64,000 nucleotides of DNA from Vicugna vicugna (GCA_013265495.1 MU057744.1:186001-250000); one strand, 5' to 3'. Shown: positions 1 to 13,940, numbered from the stretch's first letter. The notes: generated by a model from the sequence alone, not told the origin. Program-made: numbers and translations.

Positions 1-3000
1 AAACACATTTTTATTTCAAATACTGTATTTAAGTATAATTTATCTTACTTTCAGTTTTCTATAACTTGTAATATGGAATAGAACTATTTTTACTTATTTA
101 AGAGTTTTATAGGTGAAATTTTAGAGTCTCTTTTCCCTTTTTCTTTAGCTTAAGGGTATTCTTTAATGCAGTTGGAAATCCTCAATACAAAAATAGTTCT
201 CTAATCAAATTCCCAACTCCCTGAATATTGAAAGCCAAAGTAAAAATGAACAGAGGAAGATAAATCAGCACTGATACATAATAAAATACTGACGTATTTT
301 AAATCCCAGGCCAAGTAGTCTAGAGAGTTCCAGCGCCAGCTGGACCACTGACCATGGAGAGCTGTCGCTGAACAAGAATGAGCCCAGCACACTCAGTTTA
401 CGGCTGGTGAATTTCAAAGCATAACTTTTTCAAACATCAATCTCATGCTTATGGTATGAACTAGAAGCCTGAGAGTGAAAGGATCAATTAGCTAATGATA
501 CTAAAAACTTCTATAAAATATTAACATCACTAAGAGAAATTAAAACAAATGTGACATGGAGCCTATGACTAAAGATCACTGAAGTATGACTATAATTTTT
601 AATGTGTGGAGATATATTTTTTAAAGACTACAAGAATACACTACAATATTAATAATGTTCTTTCCACTTTTATGTATTTCCCCATTTTTCTATATTGAAT
701 GCTATTTTTGATGAGTTTTTTAAAATTCTATAAAAAAGCATGGGGTGACCTAGTAAATGCTATAGTGTTGGACAGTAGTTTTATATATGGTCATCAATCT
801 GAAAAATTCTGTAGCAATATTACACCATTTATAAGCCATTATGTGGTTTAGGATCCAGAGTTCCAGCTATTTCTCATAAATTTCATGTAACCATGTAAAA
901 ATGCCTTTTTTCTCATTGTAGCAGTAAAAACCAAACTGGCCCGAACACTATTTTGTATAACAAAGCTTAACATTTTTAGTTGTGAACAGAAGTATAAATG
1001 AAAATTATATTAATGTAATGGTTTATACAGCACCTTAGAAAAAGGGAAAAGTGTAGAAATTACAAGAAAAATAGTATTTTTCTAATTAAGAAAGATAATT
1101 CTTATTATCTTGAAGAAAAATCTGTTTGCTGGAAAATGTTTCAGATCAAACAAAATGCACACAAACAAATCAAGCAAAATTTCCTGAACCACTATTGTAA
1201 TGAACGATCGCCCATGAAGATAAAACTAGTTTCATAACCTTCATGCATGAATCTTCATTTCTAACTGCGTATCTCTTAAGTGCAGATTCAGAGAGCAAGC
1301 TGAAGGTCCCCCAAATAACGGGAAAATAGTTGCAGAGCTGATGAGGATTTGCTGAGGGCCTCATTAGAGTAGCTTCAGACATGAAGGAGCAGCAAAAATC
1401 AGAATTACTGCTTATTCACCAATGAGACAGACTCCTTGGCTATTACTCCAGAGAGAGACAGGAATACCGTCATGTTGACTATACGGAAAGTAACCGCTTA
1501 GTCTACTGAGGTGCAAGCCTTTTCTCTATGATGCTGGTGTCTGCGGAGATCCTCCCTGCCCGTCTTCATCAAGGCGGTAAGTTTTCTTCTCTTGAAAGTT
1601 CATACCGTGCAAATGCTTGACTTGTCAGCAGTCGGTGGCATCCTCAGTAACACAGCGTGTCTTGCTGAGCTAGGTCTCACTTTCTTTTCTGTATTATTAA
1701 AAACTTGAATGCCTCGATTTAAGGTCTTCCCTCACCCTATCCACCCCTATCAATTTCAAAGCTAAACTGTAGAACATTCTTTATACCATCTAACATCCAA
1801 GTGCTCCTAGGATAGTGTTTCTCTTTCCTTTTGTCAATCTTCTCTGAACAAAACAGAAAGTTGTCTCTTAACTGCAGAATAATTTTCTAAAGGTCTCATT
1901 TCTTACACCTACTAAGCCTCTTCTGTTAAATGAAATAATTAATAGAAAATAATCAAGCCCTGTTTACAGAAAAGTTGGAGAACACCTAAATTCTATCCAT
2001 TCAGCACAGAATTTAAAGCATTTTATAAAGGCCACCAAGAAAGCTGTCTCATTATATAAACTAGCAAAGCTACTAGAAGAAAAAAAGTGAAAAAAGAAGT
2101 AAAAGATGATTTGGCTCTCATCTACCTTGTGGGCACTGCTCAGTACTAAGAATTTTTTTCTGCTTCAATCTTTCCTTCCTAATTTCACACTAATATATTC
2201 AACATTTACAATCACATCCTAGGCCAAAGTGGAACTCCCTCTACATTTATATTTAATAATCATTTAGTAAAATCAAAATGACTGCATAGCAAAGACTAGC
2301 AGCTGTATCTGAGATCTCAGGTATCTTCCTTTGAACCCGATCATTAACAGCCAGGCCTTCAGGGGAGGAACGTCATGCATCACCGAGGCAGCGCAAGGAC
2401 CAACGGCCAAAAGGATAAATCACCCGTAGTGTTCAAAGTGGTATCTGGGAAAGCTTATTTCATCAGGACAACACTGATGACAGGTATTCTTAAAATCCAA
2501 AACCGAATTCATCTTTTTGGTTAGAAATAATAAAGAAAAAATCCCAAACAAAACTCCTGAACATTTCCTTACTGGCTTAAGTTGCTATTTCCTTCCACGT
2601 TTCGGAATGGATCAGAACTGCACTTTTCTTAAATTAAAAACAGTAATCAGAAGAGACATGCCTCTAGAGCTTCCTGTTGCTGCAGAAGGTCAACACAAAG
2701 GTACTTTTGAGAAACAGAGAGTGTATTTTTTTAAGAAACAGGAGATTTGAGACGATGTAACTACAGAATACAACTGAACTGTAAAACAGAACTGTGTTCC
2801 TCCACGAAGACACTGGTACACCACAAAACCACCACTTAAAACTGCCAGGGTTACCTCTTCACCTCGGTCACAGGCTATATTGCAAACATAACATCAAACA
2901 TTCCAAAATAAATAAGGTTTTTCTTAAAAGACTTCTAAATAATCAGATCCCAAAACTGGTTTGCCAATTTTGGATAAAATTCAAATATAGAATTTCTCTG

Positions 3001-3713
3001 GACAAACCAGAGGAAATCTGTGTAAGAAAAAGGGTTAAGTCTTTGTACACAATCTAAAACCAAGCCTCAGGCTTGCTTTCAGTCCCCTAGGTTAAGCACC
3101 GGTCGGACCGTGCGCTCTGTTTCAGTCAAGCAGCCTTGCATTTCAATCATTTGTTTCAAACATAAACATAAATTTCTGGAGCTCCTGAACAAGGCTGTAA
3201 TGCAAGAGCTGTTAATGAAGAGATAAGGCCTTCTGGAAATAGCTAAAGCTTCTTAAGAAATCGCAACTTTAAAGTCCCTGCCTACTAAAGGAAAGAAACA
3301 CGATGACTTGAGAAGATTATAAAGAAGAGGTTACTGTGGCGAGGTAGCTGCGAACGCCAGAGAGCAAGAAGCCCGACAACTGGCTTGTGACATCAAGAAG
3401 CTCAAATCTCACCTTCTTAGGAAATTTTTCTATCAGTTCACCAGTAAGTTGCCTCTGTTAACCTACATGCATAATATAAAAGTCAACTGTGCAGACTTCA
3501 GTTTTCTAGACACTAAGGACATCTCCAAAGGACTGAAAGCAGTAAGAAGGAAGTCACTAAGCGAGGCATTTACATGCTAAAGCTCTGTGTTTTATATGGT
3601 ACACTACAACCTCAATCAGAATGCTAATAAAGCTGCAATTAATCAAATTTTAAAATAGAAAATTACTGTGTAAGGATTTTTAGGTAGTAATCACTAGCTA
3701 AAACTCAAGTTAC

Positions 3714-3965
3714 CTCACATTCCATCCGCAGTAATGCACCAAGTAAAGGACCTCTCCACCTTCGACATCAGAATCTTTAATACTAGCTTCATACATTTTT
3801 TGATTTTTCCCTCGTCCATACCGCACTTGGACTTTCATGCCTGGCGGGTAGCATTCAAACTCCTCTTCCTCGTTGTTGTCCTCATCATCTTCATCCTCTT
3901 CCTCCTCCTCCTCCTCCTCTTCTGCTTCTTCATCATCTTCATCTTCCTCTTTATTCGTTTCATCT
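3714..3965 (-). CDS. ARID4B: ARID4B coding exon (~exon 17), 252 nt, acidic tract plus N-terminal part of chromo-barrel (Tudor-knot) domain, [10 protein letters not shown]...[10 protein letters not shown]
   Basis: ctttcaag|AGATGAA...GTGAG|gtaact; phase 2-2; ORF 3710..4003. Confidence 0.95.
3859..3950 (-). repeat. Coding imperfect (GAG/GAA/GAT)n trinucleotide run encoding poly-Glu/Asp
   Basis: tcctcctcctcctcctcctc and tcatcatcttca runs on + strand inside exon 17. Confidence 0.9.
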
Positions 3966-6239
3966 CTTGAAAGGTTTAAAAAATTGCAGTTAATAAAAGA
4001 CACTTCATAAGCTTTTCAGTTCCAAACCACATAAACTGATTAAAATCGTGGCTGAGACTGTTCCGGGAACAGCAGGTTCCAAGTGTATGAAATTCTCTGA
4101 GTTTGAATTTAATATTAAAAACTAAACCTGTATAAGACGACCATGGTTACAGAAAGATACTTTCAGGGAAAATCAAAATTGGAAAATAAGTGTATTAAAA
4201 GAAAACTTCCAACAGCCAGAAGAACAGAAGTTGTGCTGATAGCAAGAAACTAGTAAGGGCGACTGTAATATTTTTCTTATGTTTTATTGTAAAAGTGTTT
4301 TACATCTCAGTTGACAAAAATAAAAATCATTACACTTCACAGCCATTTCCTGACTAAAAATTATTCCTCATTCAAAGACTTCCAGCCTCAGGATGTTACA
4401 AACAAAACTTTTAACTAGCCAATGGCTAATCTTAACAACTTTCAAAGATGCTCCAATCAAATTTTCAAATGTTGCACTAACTGAAATACCACCCTACCTC
4501 TCTCAGGAATCATCCTACGAAGTTCCCGTCAATATCACTGCACGTTTTTCTGTCTGTTCTAAACTCCATCACAAGTTCTGCCCTCTTTACCACATATTTA
4601 CTGAAAGTTGTCTTCTACCAAGTCTCTCAATCTGAAGTTCTGAAGAACAGGGATAAGAGAGGCCAGTTCCAAATCACATGAAACTGAAAGTCAGCTGCAT
4701 TACAGAAGCAGCAATGAAGCCATTCTGATCTCCTCATTATCCTGTATTTTTTAAAACTGAGCAATCATACTCATTTTATATTAGCCATAAGCTCTATTAA
4801 ATTAGAGAAAATCTTAAATAATAAATTTTTCCAAGCACTAGATTTATGAAAAAATATTAACTTCAATAGAAAACTCTTGACTGTATTGTTAAGCTCTGCT
4901 CTGCTCTGCAGTAGGATGCCTATACTCATGACAACAGTTATCTCTCAGAAGGAAGGCATCACTTTACAGCTGACAAATGAATACATGTCATAAAATAGAA
5001 CCACAAGATGGTTAAGTAATTAAGCTTTAAAAGTTAATGGATATAATGTTTATAGTCTTTCTCTACTGATAACTTCAGTCTTATACTCTTATTTGCACCC
5101 TTTTTAGCAATAACATACTTTACTGTTCCTAATTATGCAATTAAATAGGCAACAAAAATAATCTACAAATAGTGATACAAGCAGAACTGTGATGCTTTTT
5201 TATTTTTTATTTTTATTTTTTTATGCTCTTTCCTTCAATATAATGAGGCAGAAGAGATGAAGGGAAACTTAACAGACTTATGAAATTAAGTCTTGGTTCA
5301 CAAGTACCAAATGTGCCAATTTTCTCTGAAATAAATCACAGTCTGCAAAGATTGCTGAGAATTACTCCTATTTTAAAGACCCATTTACAGTCAAATTAAA
5401 TAGGTATTTAAAAAAACTGAACCAAACCAGGTGTAATCTGAGGTTTAAAACTATGATCTCTATTACTGAAAATATATTAACATTTCTATGAGGAAAAATT
5501 AGTAAGGCTAAAATAGCTAAGAAATTATCATGAAGAGTTTAATGAATGATAAACTATTAACAACTTTACATAAATCATATATTATATAGTACACATATGT
5601 AAATAAAAATTAATAGAGTTAAGACTTTCTTGGGAAGAATGCTAGTTGTTTGAATCATACGACTGTATCTCTGCAGAGCAGTAAGAAAAGGGAGTGTATT
5701 CTGGTGGCTACAACAGATGAAGAGATTTATCATGCTCCTGAGAATCATCATATAAGAGATAAAAGAGATACAGAATAAAAAGTCCAAAATTTTTAAAATG
5801 GAAACTAACTCTAAACTACATCTTATATAATGTGCACTAAGCACAACTGGTAAATGTCAGTAACAGCCAAGACAATCCTACTGTCCGCAGTAGCCAGGGC
5901 AAGCTTTTATTTAATCTGGAATAAAAATCTAATACTCTGTATTTTTAAAAACAATAAAAAATTAAATATTGAATCATTTAATATCAACCTCAGACACAGC
6001 CAAAATAAAATGAGAGTCACTCAAATAATACACCAAAGTATATAAAGAAGCAGACAACACAATTACTGGCTATCAGCCAAAGCAAATATTCTACTCCTCC
6101 CTCTAAACTTCAGTAGCAAAACGAGAAGATAATGCTCTAAACCAAATAGAACACACCTTGCCAAGGAAGACAGCATTTAATAGTATGAAATGCAATCGGC
6201 ATATAGGTTAAAAAAATTAAGCTGATGTATATCATAAGC

Positions 6240-6275
6240 ACACAGAAAACACACACATACACACACACACACACA
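6240..6275. repeat. (CA)n microsatellite, imperfect
   Basis: cacacacatacacacacacacacaca. Confidence 0.85.
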
Positions 6276-8031
6276 TTTTGCTAGTTATCTTTTAGAGAAC
6301 TACTTTTTGGAAACCAAAAGTATCAGCAAGGATTTTTCATGTGAACTCACAAAGAAATATTAAATTTTCCAAGTTTGATCTCATACTCCTTACTTACAAT
6401 GGAAAAAAACTTAAAAAAAAAAAGTTCATTAATATCTGCTATGAGCCAGGCACTTGAATCAGGCATTTTACATAAATTAATTACATAATCTCCCTTACCT
6501 GGACTATGGAGGAAGGACACTGAACGTTCTTGGCAGTAGCTAATCACATAAAGTTTATATACTAGAAAAATACTTTCACATTAATTCTTTATAATTAAAA
6601 AATTTTCTGTTGCACTTATAAAAGTCAGAAATCAATTTTGGACATTCTTAACACAGAATGCTTCTAAAGAACAGCTATAATATTAGGGCCGTCACAGCAG
6701 GAGAATTTCAGTTTGTGATATGATACATTTATAATTATCTATGGTAAATTAAACAGCCATATAGTTGAAGAGTTTTTATGAATCTACACAATACAGTTTA
6801 TATAAAAAAAAAAGCTGAAGTACCAACTTGAAAAATTAAGATAATTATCAGTAACAAAGAGAAAATATAGCCTTGTCACAGTGCCTTCCACACAGTAGAT
6901 GCTCCAGAAATATCTGCAGATCTAAAAATCAGATTTTTAGGCAAAAAGCTGAAATCCTTACTAAATTTATTTATAATTGAAGTAGCCTCCAGTGGCAGTA
7001 AGAGTACTTCAAATATACATTTACACACAGAGAAATATAACCAAGTATAATGAACAAACACTGCATTATGTTCATCTAAACCCAGTTTTGTTTTGCTTTC
7101 CCATGTTTATTTGCATGCTGTGGCCAAATTTCAGAAGAACACTAAAATGAGCAAAAGATTTTAGGCAAGAGCTGAATACTTACTAAGTTTCTTACTAGCT
7201 GAAATAACTTCCAACAGCAGTAAGGAGTATTTGAAATACACATTTGCACACACATATATTTATATATATATAAAAACAAAGTATGAAAAACAAAACCTTT
7301 TACTATATTCATCTAAGCATGATTTTTTCTCTTCCCTGCTTATGTGCATGTTGTGGCCATATTTCAGAAAAATATTAAAATGATTTTAAAAAATGTGGTT
7401 TACTTATTTATATGAATCACTAATAATGGAGATGTTTAAATTTTTTAAACCTCAGAAATAAAGATCAGATACTCAAGATCACCTATAAAATCCACTGTAA
7501 GGACATAAATCACACTGCTAAGTAACTCATCATGCCAAACTAACCAAAACAAGGAAACACTACTGTTACATAAAACACACATAACAATTTAGGCTTTTTA
7601 AAAACTAATTATTAGCACTTTTCCATTCTTATTTTCTGCTTAAGAAATGACTACAACTCTCAAGATCTACAGCCAACATGCCATCTACAAAACACTGGAG
7701 GAGAAAGCCGCCTCCCCAGTTTTTTATTATCTGGTTATTCAGCAGAGCTTAATGCAGTAAGAAATGCTTTTCTCTAGCTCAAAATTTCATAAGTTTCCAT
7801 GATGAGAGCAAGAAGAATGGATCAAGAGTATGGTCTTTTGCCACAAATTTGCATTAGTAGGGTCTCTGAAGCAGGCAAATGTTATTTACATAATAAATGC
7901 AAATTAAAATTACTCAATTATTTGATATTTTGTCAACCAAATTTAGATTCATACATACACACACATACAAAGGGCAAATGACGAGAATCCATTCAGCCAA
8001 AATGCATCTTAACCAAAAACAAATTTCTTAC

Positions 8032-8207
8032 CCAGATTTTGCTTTTTCTTCTTCAGCTTCTACCTTTATGCTGAGGGATTCATCCACCCTGGTTGTCTCA
8101 TCATCTTTATCTTCCAGATTTTCATTTTCTTCTGTTTTTTTCATGTTAATCTCTTTTTCCTGATCAGACTGCATAGGTATAGATTCTAATAAATTCTTTT
8201 TACTTCC
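8032..8207 (-). CDS. ARID4B: ARID4B coding exon (~exon 16), 176 nt, GSKKNLLESIPMQSDQEKEINMKK...EAEEEKAKS(G)
   Basis: tttttctag|GGAAGT...TCTGG|gtaaga; phase 0-2. Confidence 0.95.
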
Positions 8208-8520
8208 CTAGAAAAAGATCAGAGGAACTAAACCAACAAAAACAAAAGCTCTCGACCTAATTCCCTTATCTAACAGCTATCAAAGAGAGACACCAACCAA
8301 TACTAATACTGAGAAAGATTATTTTAAGAAACTTCTGCCATTTCTAAAAACACTAGACAAAAATAGTTAACAGCTATTTTAAATACAAAAGTAGCACTTA
8401 ATGAAAAAAAGCACGAACAGTGAAGTATAAAATTATATAATGAAGTATCCATGAAAACGTCACAGAAGATGTGGAAAATGTACAAAGCAGGCACAGGACT
8501 GTGAACAGTGTCTGATTTAC

Positions 8521-8764
8521 CAGAGAGGGCTGAGTATTGTCCTTTCTTTCAGTGCCCTCTTCAGTGGGCTTTTCTTCTTTTGGTATTACATTCTCCTCCT
8601 CTTCAATCTTTATTTCTTTGATCTCTGGTTCATTTTCCTCCTTAACTTTTATTTCTTTTACATTGTCACACTCCTTACATGGCTTATTAACAACTTTCTC
8701 TGGTAATGCCATCTGAAATTCAATATTGGCCGACCTACAGTACTCCTCAAAACCATATAAGTAT
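8521..8764 (-). CDS. ARID4B: ARID4B coding exon (~exon 15), 244 nt, YLYGFEEYCRSANIEFQMALPEKVVNKPCKEC...NTQPSL
   Basis: gtttccag|ATACTTA...TCTCTG|gtaaat; phase 2-0; ORF 8398..8712. Confidence 0.95.
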
Positions 8765-9039
8765 CTGGAAACATGAAAAGAGGTTATATTTGGGAAAACA
8801 TTTCAAAATGATACTGCAGAGTTGTGGTTTTTAAAATATGTATTCATTTCTTCTGTTTAAGTTCTCAGATACTGAGTCATCTTAATACTCTAATTTATTC
8901 TAGTTCAGTACTTCCCAAACTCTTTTACCTAAATAGAAACATTTTTCAAAGAAAAAAAGTTTTTTAAAACTATGCTGAAAGTGAAAAGATAGTCATAATC
9001 TTAAGCTCAGAACTGCAACAACAGGAGCTACTAGAAGTA

Positions 9040-9270
9040 TCAGTAATAGCATCGATTTGTTGAGCATTTCTTACATGCCAGGCACTGGACGTCTCAGTAC
9101 ACGTAAAATTTCACTGAGTCATCAGAGCAATCCTAGGAGGCAAATAGTACCAACTCTTTCTACAAATGAGAAAACTGAAGCTTAAGAGAACAGAAAACGG
9201 TCCAAGGGCACAAAGAGCAAATAACTGGCAGAACCAGGATTCAAACAGGGGTTTATCTGAATTTAAGACT
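9040..9270 (-). mobile_element. MIR SINE
   Basis: ttgagcatttcttacatgccaggcactg...tacaaatgagaaaactgaagct...ggcagaaccaggattcaaac matches reverse MIR core. Confidence 0.8.
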
Positions 9271-9499
9271 TTATCATTTCCCAAATTTACTTGGCCACAA
9301 AAACTTTCTTTACCTAATATCTCGTAGATCTAGTATTCATAGAATATACTCTAGAAAACACTATTATATAGTGATTACTCTAATAAAGCTTTCTTAATTT
9401 CTTCTAAGAAGAAATGATTAAGCCTCAGTTATCTGGTAAATTCCATCCTGCTTTGTAGGTAAAATACTGAATACAGCTATACCAAGCACATGGACTTAC

Positions 9500-9597
9500 T
9501 TTTTATAAGCACATTTAACATTGTATCCTGCAGCTGAATTTAAGACAGGGATTCCAAGATCTTGGTAGACTTGTTTCCAAACAGCTCCGCTTTCAAT
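9500..9597 (-). CDS. ARID4B: ARID4B coding exon (~exon 14), 98 nt, [32 protein letters not shown](K), ARID domain
   Basis: tccattag|ATTGAAAGC...AAAAA|gtaagt; phase 0-2. Confidence 0.95.
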
Positions 9598-9664
9598 CTA
9601 ATGGACAAAGTGAAACGAAAACTCACAAATTAAGAAGTGGGAATATACTAGAATTTTGATAAAT

Positions 9665-9692
9665 ATTATATATATATATATATATATATGTA
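9665..9692. repeat. (TA)n microsatellite
   Basis: tatatatatatatatatatatatg. Confidence 0.9.
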
Positions 9693-10514
9693 TTTTTTTT
9701 TATACTTACTGGCTCTAGTCTCAAGGAATGAAAAATAGCAATCTTGGTAAATTCTAAATCAAAAATTTGGTTTACAACAATATTTTGGTATTCTAACAAA
9801 TCTCACAGAATTACAAATGTTGAAAAACTAGGCCATTTGACTTTTAAATAATCTTGCTGTAGAAAATAAGAAAATATCCACATTCCTATATCAAAATCTT
9901 AATAAGGAGACAGACCTAAAATTATTTTATGGTCATGATTTCCCATAAAACTTTCAAGTTAATAAATCAAAGCAGTTTTATGGATCTCAGTAAAGCAGAA
10001 TACTTTTTTTTCCCTAGAATAGTCTTAACTAGATGAGCACCACACATCTTTGCAACCTTAAAATAGTTTCTTCAGTTCAACCAAGATTTCCAGCATGTTT
10101 TTACACATATACATCTACACACACACACACATATATATACACACATATGTAAGTAATGTTTTCTATATATAAAAAGCACAGTGGCAGAGATTTAAGGATA
10201 TGAAGAATATTAAGGTAGATTCCTGCTCTCAATGACTATACAGTCCAGTGGAAAAGAGACACAGAAAGAGAATCTCCACCAGCATGGCTGTGCTAAGCAA
10301 AAGTTTGAGAAACTTAACAATAAATCAGAAAACTCATTTTTAAAAATCTTTAATTAAATTTAAATTTGGTCTGAGGAAGGTAGCTGTTTCTAACCTGTAC
10401 TCTCTATTTTCCTTCCCTTTTATTCTTAGGTTCTTAGTAATAGACAATTTTAGCTAATTTTTAGATGAGAAAACATGTATGAAAAACATGTTTCACTTTG
10501 ATTGTAATACTTAC

Positions 10515-10609
10515 ATTATCAAATCCTCCAAGTTTGTGTACAAGTCTAAATAATTTAAAGAGATTCAAATTTCGATATCCAAGTACAGGTCGTTTGTTAA
10601 TAGGTGTGC
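10515..10609 (-). CDS. ARID4B: ARID4B coding exon (~exon 13), 95 nt, (G)[35 protein letters not shown] domain
   Basis: ctgtaatag|GCACACCT...GATAAT|gtaagt; phase 1-0; ORF 10461..10676. Confidence 0.95.
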
Positions 10610-11479
10610 CTATTACAGAAAACACAAAATATATTATAACCATGCTACATTTTCTTTTAATTTTGAAAAGATTCAAACATTACCATCAAATACATATAGT
10701 GTAAAGTATATACATATGAGAAAAAAATCCCTTGTTAATCAAAAACAGGTCTACTTCTTAAACCCATTTCATTTAAAAGAATGTTTCTCATACCAGATTT
10801 TTGAAACCTTATTTATATATTTCAATCCTCTTTCATTTCCCTGATCAGCAAAAGAATACTAAATAAAGCAAAATAAAATACCAACAAAATTTTTTTAAAT
10901 CCAGGGGAACAAGAGCAGCAGAAATGGACACAGCACTGCGATGACGGGCAGCTGCTCACCATGAGTCACTGTCACGGTTCCTTGATTTCACCACCGTACT
11001 GCTCTACACACGGACCTAGGGCTTTGCTTCACTTTAACATGTGGAAATCCAGAAGGGCACCATAACCCTCAAACCATTAGAAAGTCGTGGAAGAAATAGC
11101 AGCATAGAGACACACAGCCTAGGCCCTTTCCAAAACAATGTATGACTGGCATAATCTTATTTGTCACTCTTTTCTGGTATTAGCTTTTATTCACTTTCAT
11201 CACTTTTCATTTATGTTATACAAAAAAAAAAAAACACCCTAAGAAAAAGCCTACTTTCCTAGGCCAAGCCTCCATTCATACAGAGAAGTAATACAGGGTT
11301 CAAAGACATTTTTCACTGGAGAATAAAAAGACGCCTACGCTGCAGTAGCCACTACCATTTATGAAGCAAGAGAAGACCGAGAAGCTTCTGTCCGTCACGG
11401 AAGGTTCAATCCTGTTCATAGCTCTGCACGGCTGGGTCATGAGAAGAATTATGGCCCCTCTTAGAGAGTGGTCTCCCTC

Positions 11480-11512
11480 ACTCTCACACACTCACACACA
11501 CACACACACACA
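11480..11512. repeat. (CA)n microsatellite
   Basis: cacacactcacacacacacacacacaca. Confidence 0.85.
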
Positions 11513-11887
11513 GAGCCTGGGTACAGCAAACTGTGACTTTGAAGTGGCGGCTTTTCCACAGACATCTATGTAGACGCAGATAAAATGGTGCTGTGATTCC
11601 CACTCTGCCTCCGTTTTCTAGTGTAAGAGTTCTTTGGGTTCCCGTGGATGAGTGGGGGATAGGACAGAAAACAGGCATTTATGGGTCCATGGCCATCATA
11701 TCCATCAAAACACTGTCAAATTCCACATCCCACTTAGTAGGTGACAGACACTATGCTAGGGTGTTGGTGATGCTGGCAATCAAAAAGGCAGCCATCACTA
11801 CCAGTGAGAAACTTAATAAATAGAATTCTTATTTTTAAAGTATAAATTATGATAAATGACAGCATTAATGATAAATAAAAAACTCAC

Positions 11888-11960
11888 CTCTGTCTTCCAT
11901 AAATTTGTACAGCTGCTGAAGAAAGTTCTCCCTTTCCTCTGGAAATGGTTCTATTTCTTC
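11888..11960 (-). CDS. ARID4B: ARID4B coding exon (~exon 12), 73 nt, EEIEPFPEERENFLQQLYKFMEDR, ARID domain start
   Basis: aaattag|GAAGAAATA...AGAG|gtgagt; phase 0-1. Confidence 0.95.
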
Positions 11961-12669
11961 CTAATTTTAGTCACAGAAGAATAAAATATTATTTTCCTCA
12001 GTTAAGCATTTTAGTAACACAAGTCGATTTCCTGCCAACAGCAAACACTAGTACTCACCAGAATAGTTCAAAGGCTTTTTACCAAATAGAAGTTATTTCT
12101 TAATACTAAGTTGTTCAAAACCAGAAAGTCTAGACATCTTATGCTTTACAGAGAAATATGTCCTAAAAGGCATCTCAACAGTGACAACCTCAAATGCAAA
12201 TAAATGCTCATATAAGAAATGAGACCAGCAAGGTGGTTCATGAACTTTTTGCCACATCAGAGACCTAGTCTTCAAACCAGGGTCACAGGCTCAAGAATAC
12301 CTATTCTCACGTATATGGGTGCGGATTTAATATCAATACTGGCTCTATTATTGCTCCCCAAGGAATGATACAAGAGTGGGTGCCATTAGCTGTGACTACA
12401 AGTGTCCTTCATTATAAACAGCCCCACTGTACAGTACTTCAAGCTTATAAAATCAGTAAAGTGGGGAACAAACTTGATCTGCAATACCTGAAGATTCAGA
12501 CTTAGGGAAATCTTCAAGTAATAAAATAGTTCCCTGATTAAGCAATTACAAGGGAGGGACCAGCTTCTTGCTGCTGTGACCAGGGGCTGTGGCAGTAGGG
12601 AGCTGGTCCTGGAGCAACCTGCAAGGAGCAGGGTAGCAGGTGAGACTGAGGAACTCATCAGTTCAGTGA

Positions 12670-12780
12670 CGACCATCCATTCAGCAAACACTTAACGAGC
12701 ACCAGGCAGTGCAGGCACTACGCCAGGTGCTGAGGCAGGCAGAAGAGGATGCAGCCGTGGCGCCGGCCATTACAGTACAA
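12670..12780 (-). mobile_element. L2 3' end fragment
   Basis: catccattcagcaaacacttaacgagcaccaggcagtgcaggcactacgccaggtgctgagg. Confidence 0.6.
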
Positions 12781-13359
12781 GAGCAGGAGCAACTGCAGAG
12801 AACCTGAACCCAGTGTGCACCCGGCTGCAGCTACTCTGGCTGAAACAGATGTGCTTCTAATGGTAAAAGTTAGGAGCATACTTCTTAGCTAATAGTCTAA
12901 ATATATTTTAATTATAAAAATCATGTGCCTAAAGCCACTGTTTTAGTGAGACTTGCCTCTTTCTTTTAAAAGCTAGCAAGAAAAGGAAGGCAAGTTAAAA
13001 ACAACAAAAACTCATGCTGATAAACTATTATGCTTGCTAGCTGGGCAGAGAAGAACAAATGAAAATTATTCATTTGCAGATAATAAATCTGTATTTCTCA
13101 ACTTAAACACGGTCACAGAGGCTGGGTTTTGGTAAAGCAGCCAGATGAGAGTCTAAGGAAACCTGTTTCCTAGACGTTACTCCAGTATCCCCGTGGCACA
13201 ATACTTGACTTTCATAAATTGCCAAACTTACTCCTGTTGCAAAAATTTCTAAGCAAAATTTGTACCTAACTTAAAAAAATGTTTAAACTGGAAACCAGAT
13301 TTGCTTTTACAGAAGCATTTGTGAAACATAAATCTAAGCAACAAAAGTGTGGTAACTAA

Positions 13360-13940
13360 TATGCACTGCTCATCTGTTCCACATTGCACACCATGGCAGA
13401 CACTGAGCACCAGTAAGGCAGAGCCCCTACCCTCGAGGGACTTACAGATTAGTATAGAAAACAAACAGAAAATAAATATATGTGTGTGCGTATGTATGTG
13501 CGTGCGTACGTGCGTGTGTGTGGTAAAAATCTGTACAAGGAACAGTAGTAGTTCAGACTAGCAAATGGAGTGATTAACTTTCCTGAGGTGAGGAAGGTGA
13601 TGGTTGATGGAGAGTTCCACTTTACAGAGGGGCTGTAAGCAAGGTTTTAAACACTGAACAGGAGCGGGTCAGGCTGACTGGGGGGAAGGGAAGGGCACAG
13701 CAGGCAGGGGCACTGTACGTGCAAAGGTGAGCAGAAGCAAGGTGTGTAATTTGATACAGCTACAACACCAAGTTCAAAGTAGGAGGGTGTACTGAGAGAA
13801 GTGATAAAAAAAGGGCAGGGGTTGGACTGTAAAGGGAGGTTCTAAAAGTAAAGCTTGACTTCCACGATGATAAGAACCCAGTGAAGAAGTTTTAAGCTAG
13901 AGAATGATCGCTTATTTTAGCATTTTGAACGGAAAGCAGT
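13360..13940 (-). mobile_element. L2 fragment interrupted by an alternating purine-pyrimidine repeat
   Basis: gagcccctaccctcgagggacttacagattagt...gcaggcaggggcactgtacgtgcaaagg...ttttaagctagagaatga, typical of reverse L2. Confidence 0.55.

Noticed and set aside
3413..3462. Possible cryptic exon downstream of exon 17 (AAG|gtgaga donor)
   Set aside because: Upstream AGs lack a convincing pyrimidine tract.
3734..3970. Hydrophobic + strand ORF (78 aa, poly-Leu/Phe/Ile) resembling a membrane peptide
   Set aside because: It is the antisense reading of the GAG/GAA/GAT acidic tract of exon 17. The same applies to ORF 14912..15184.
8398..8520. Exon 15 frame continuing into the intron as a hydrophobic tail
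   Set aside because: Canonical donor at 8520 and in-phase exon 16. T-rich intron read-through is trivially hydrophobic and there is no evidence of retention.
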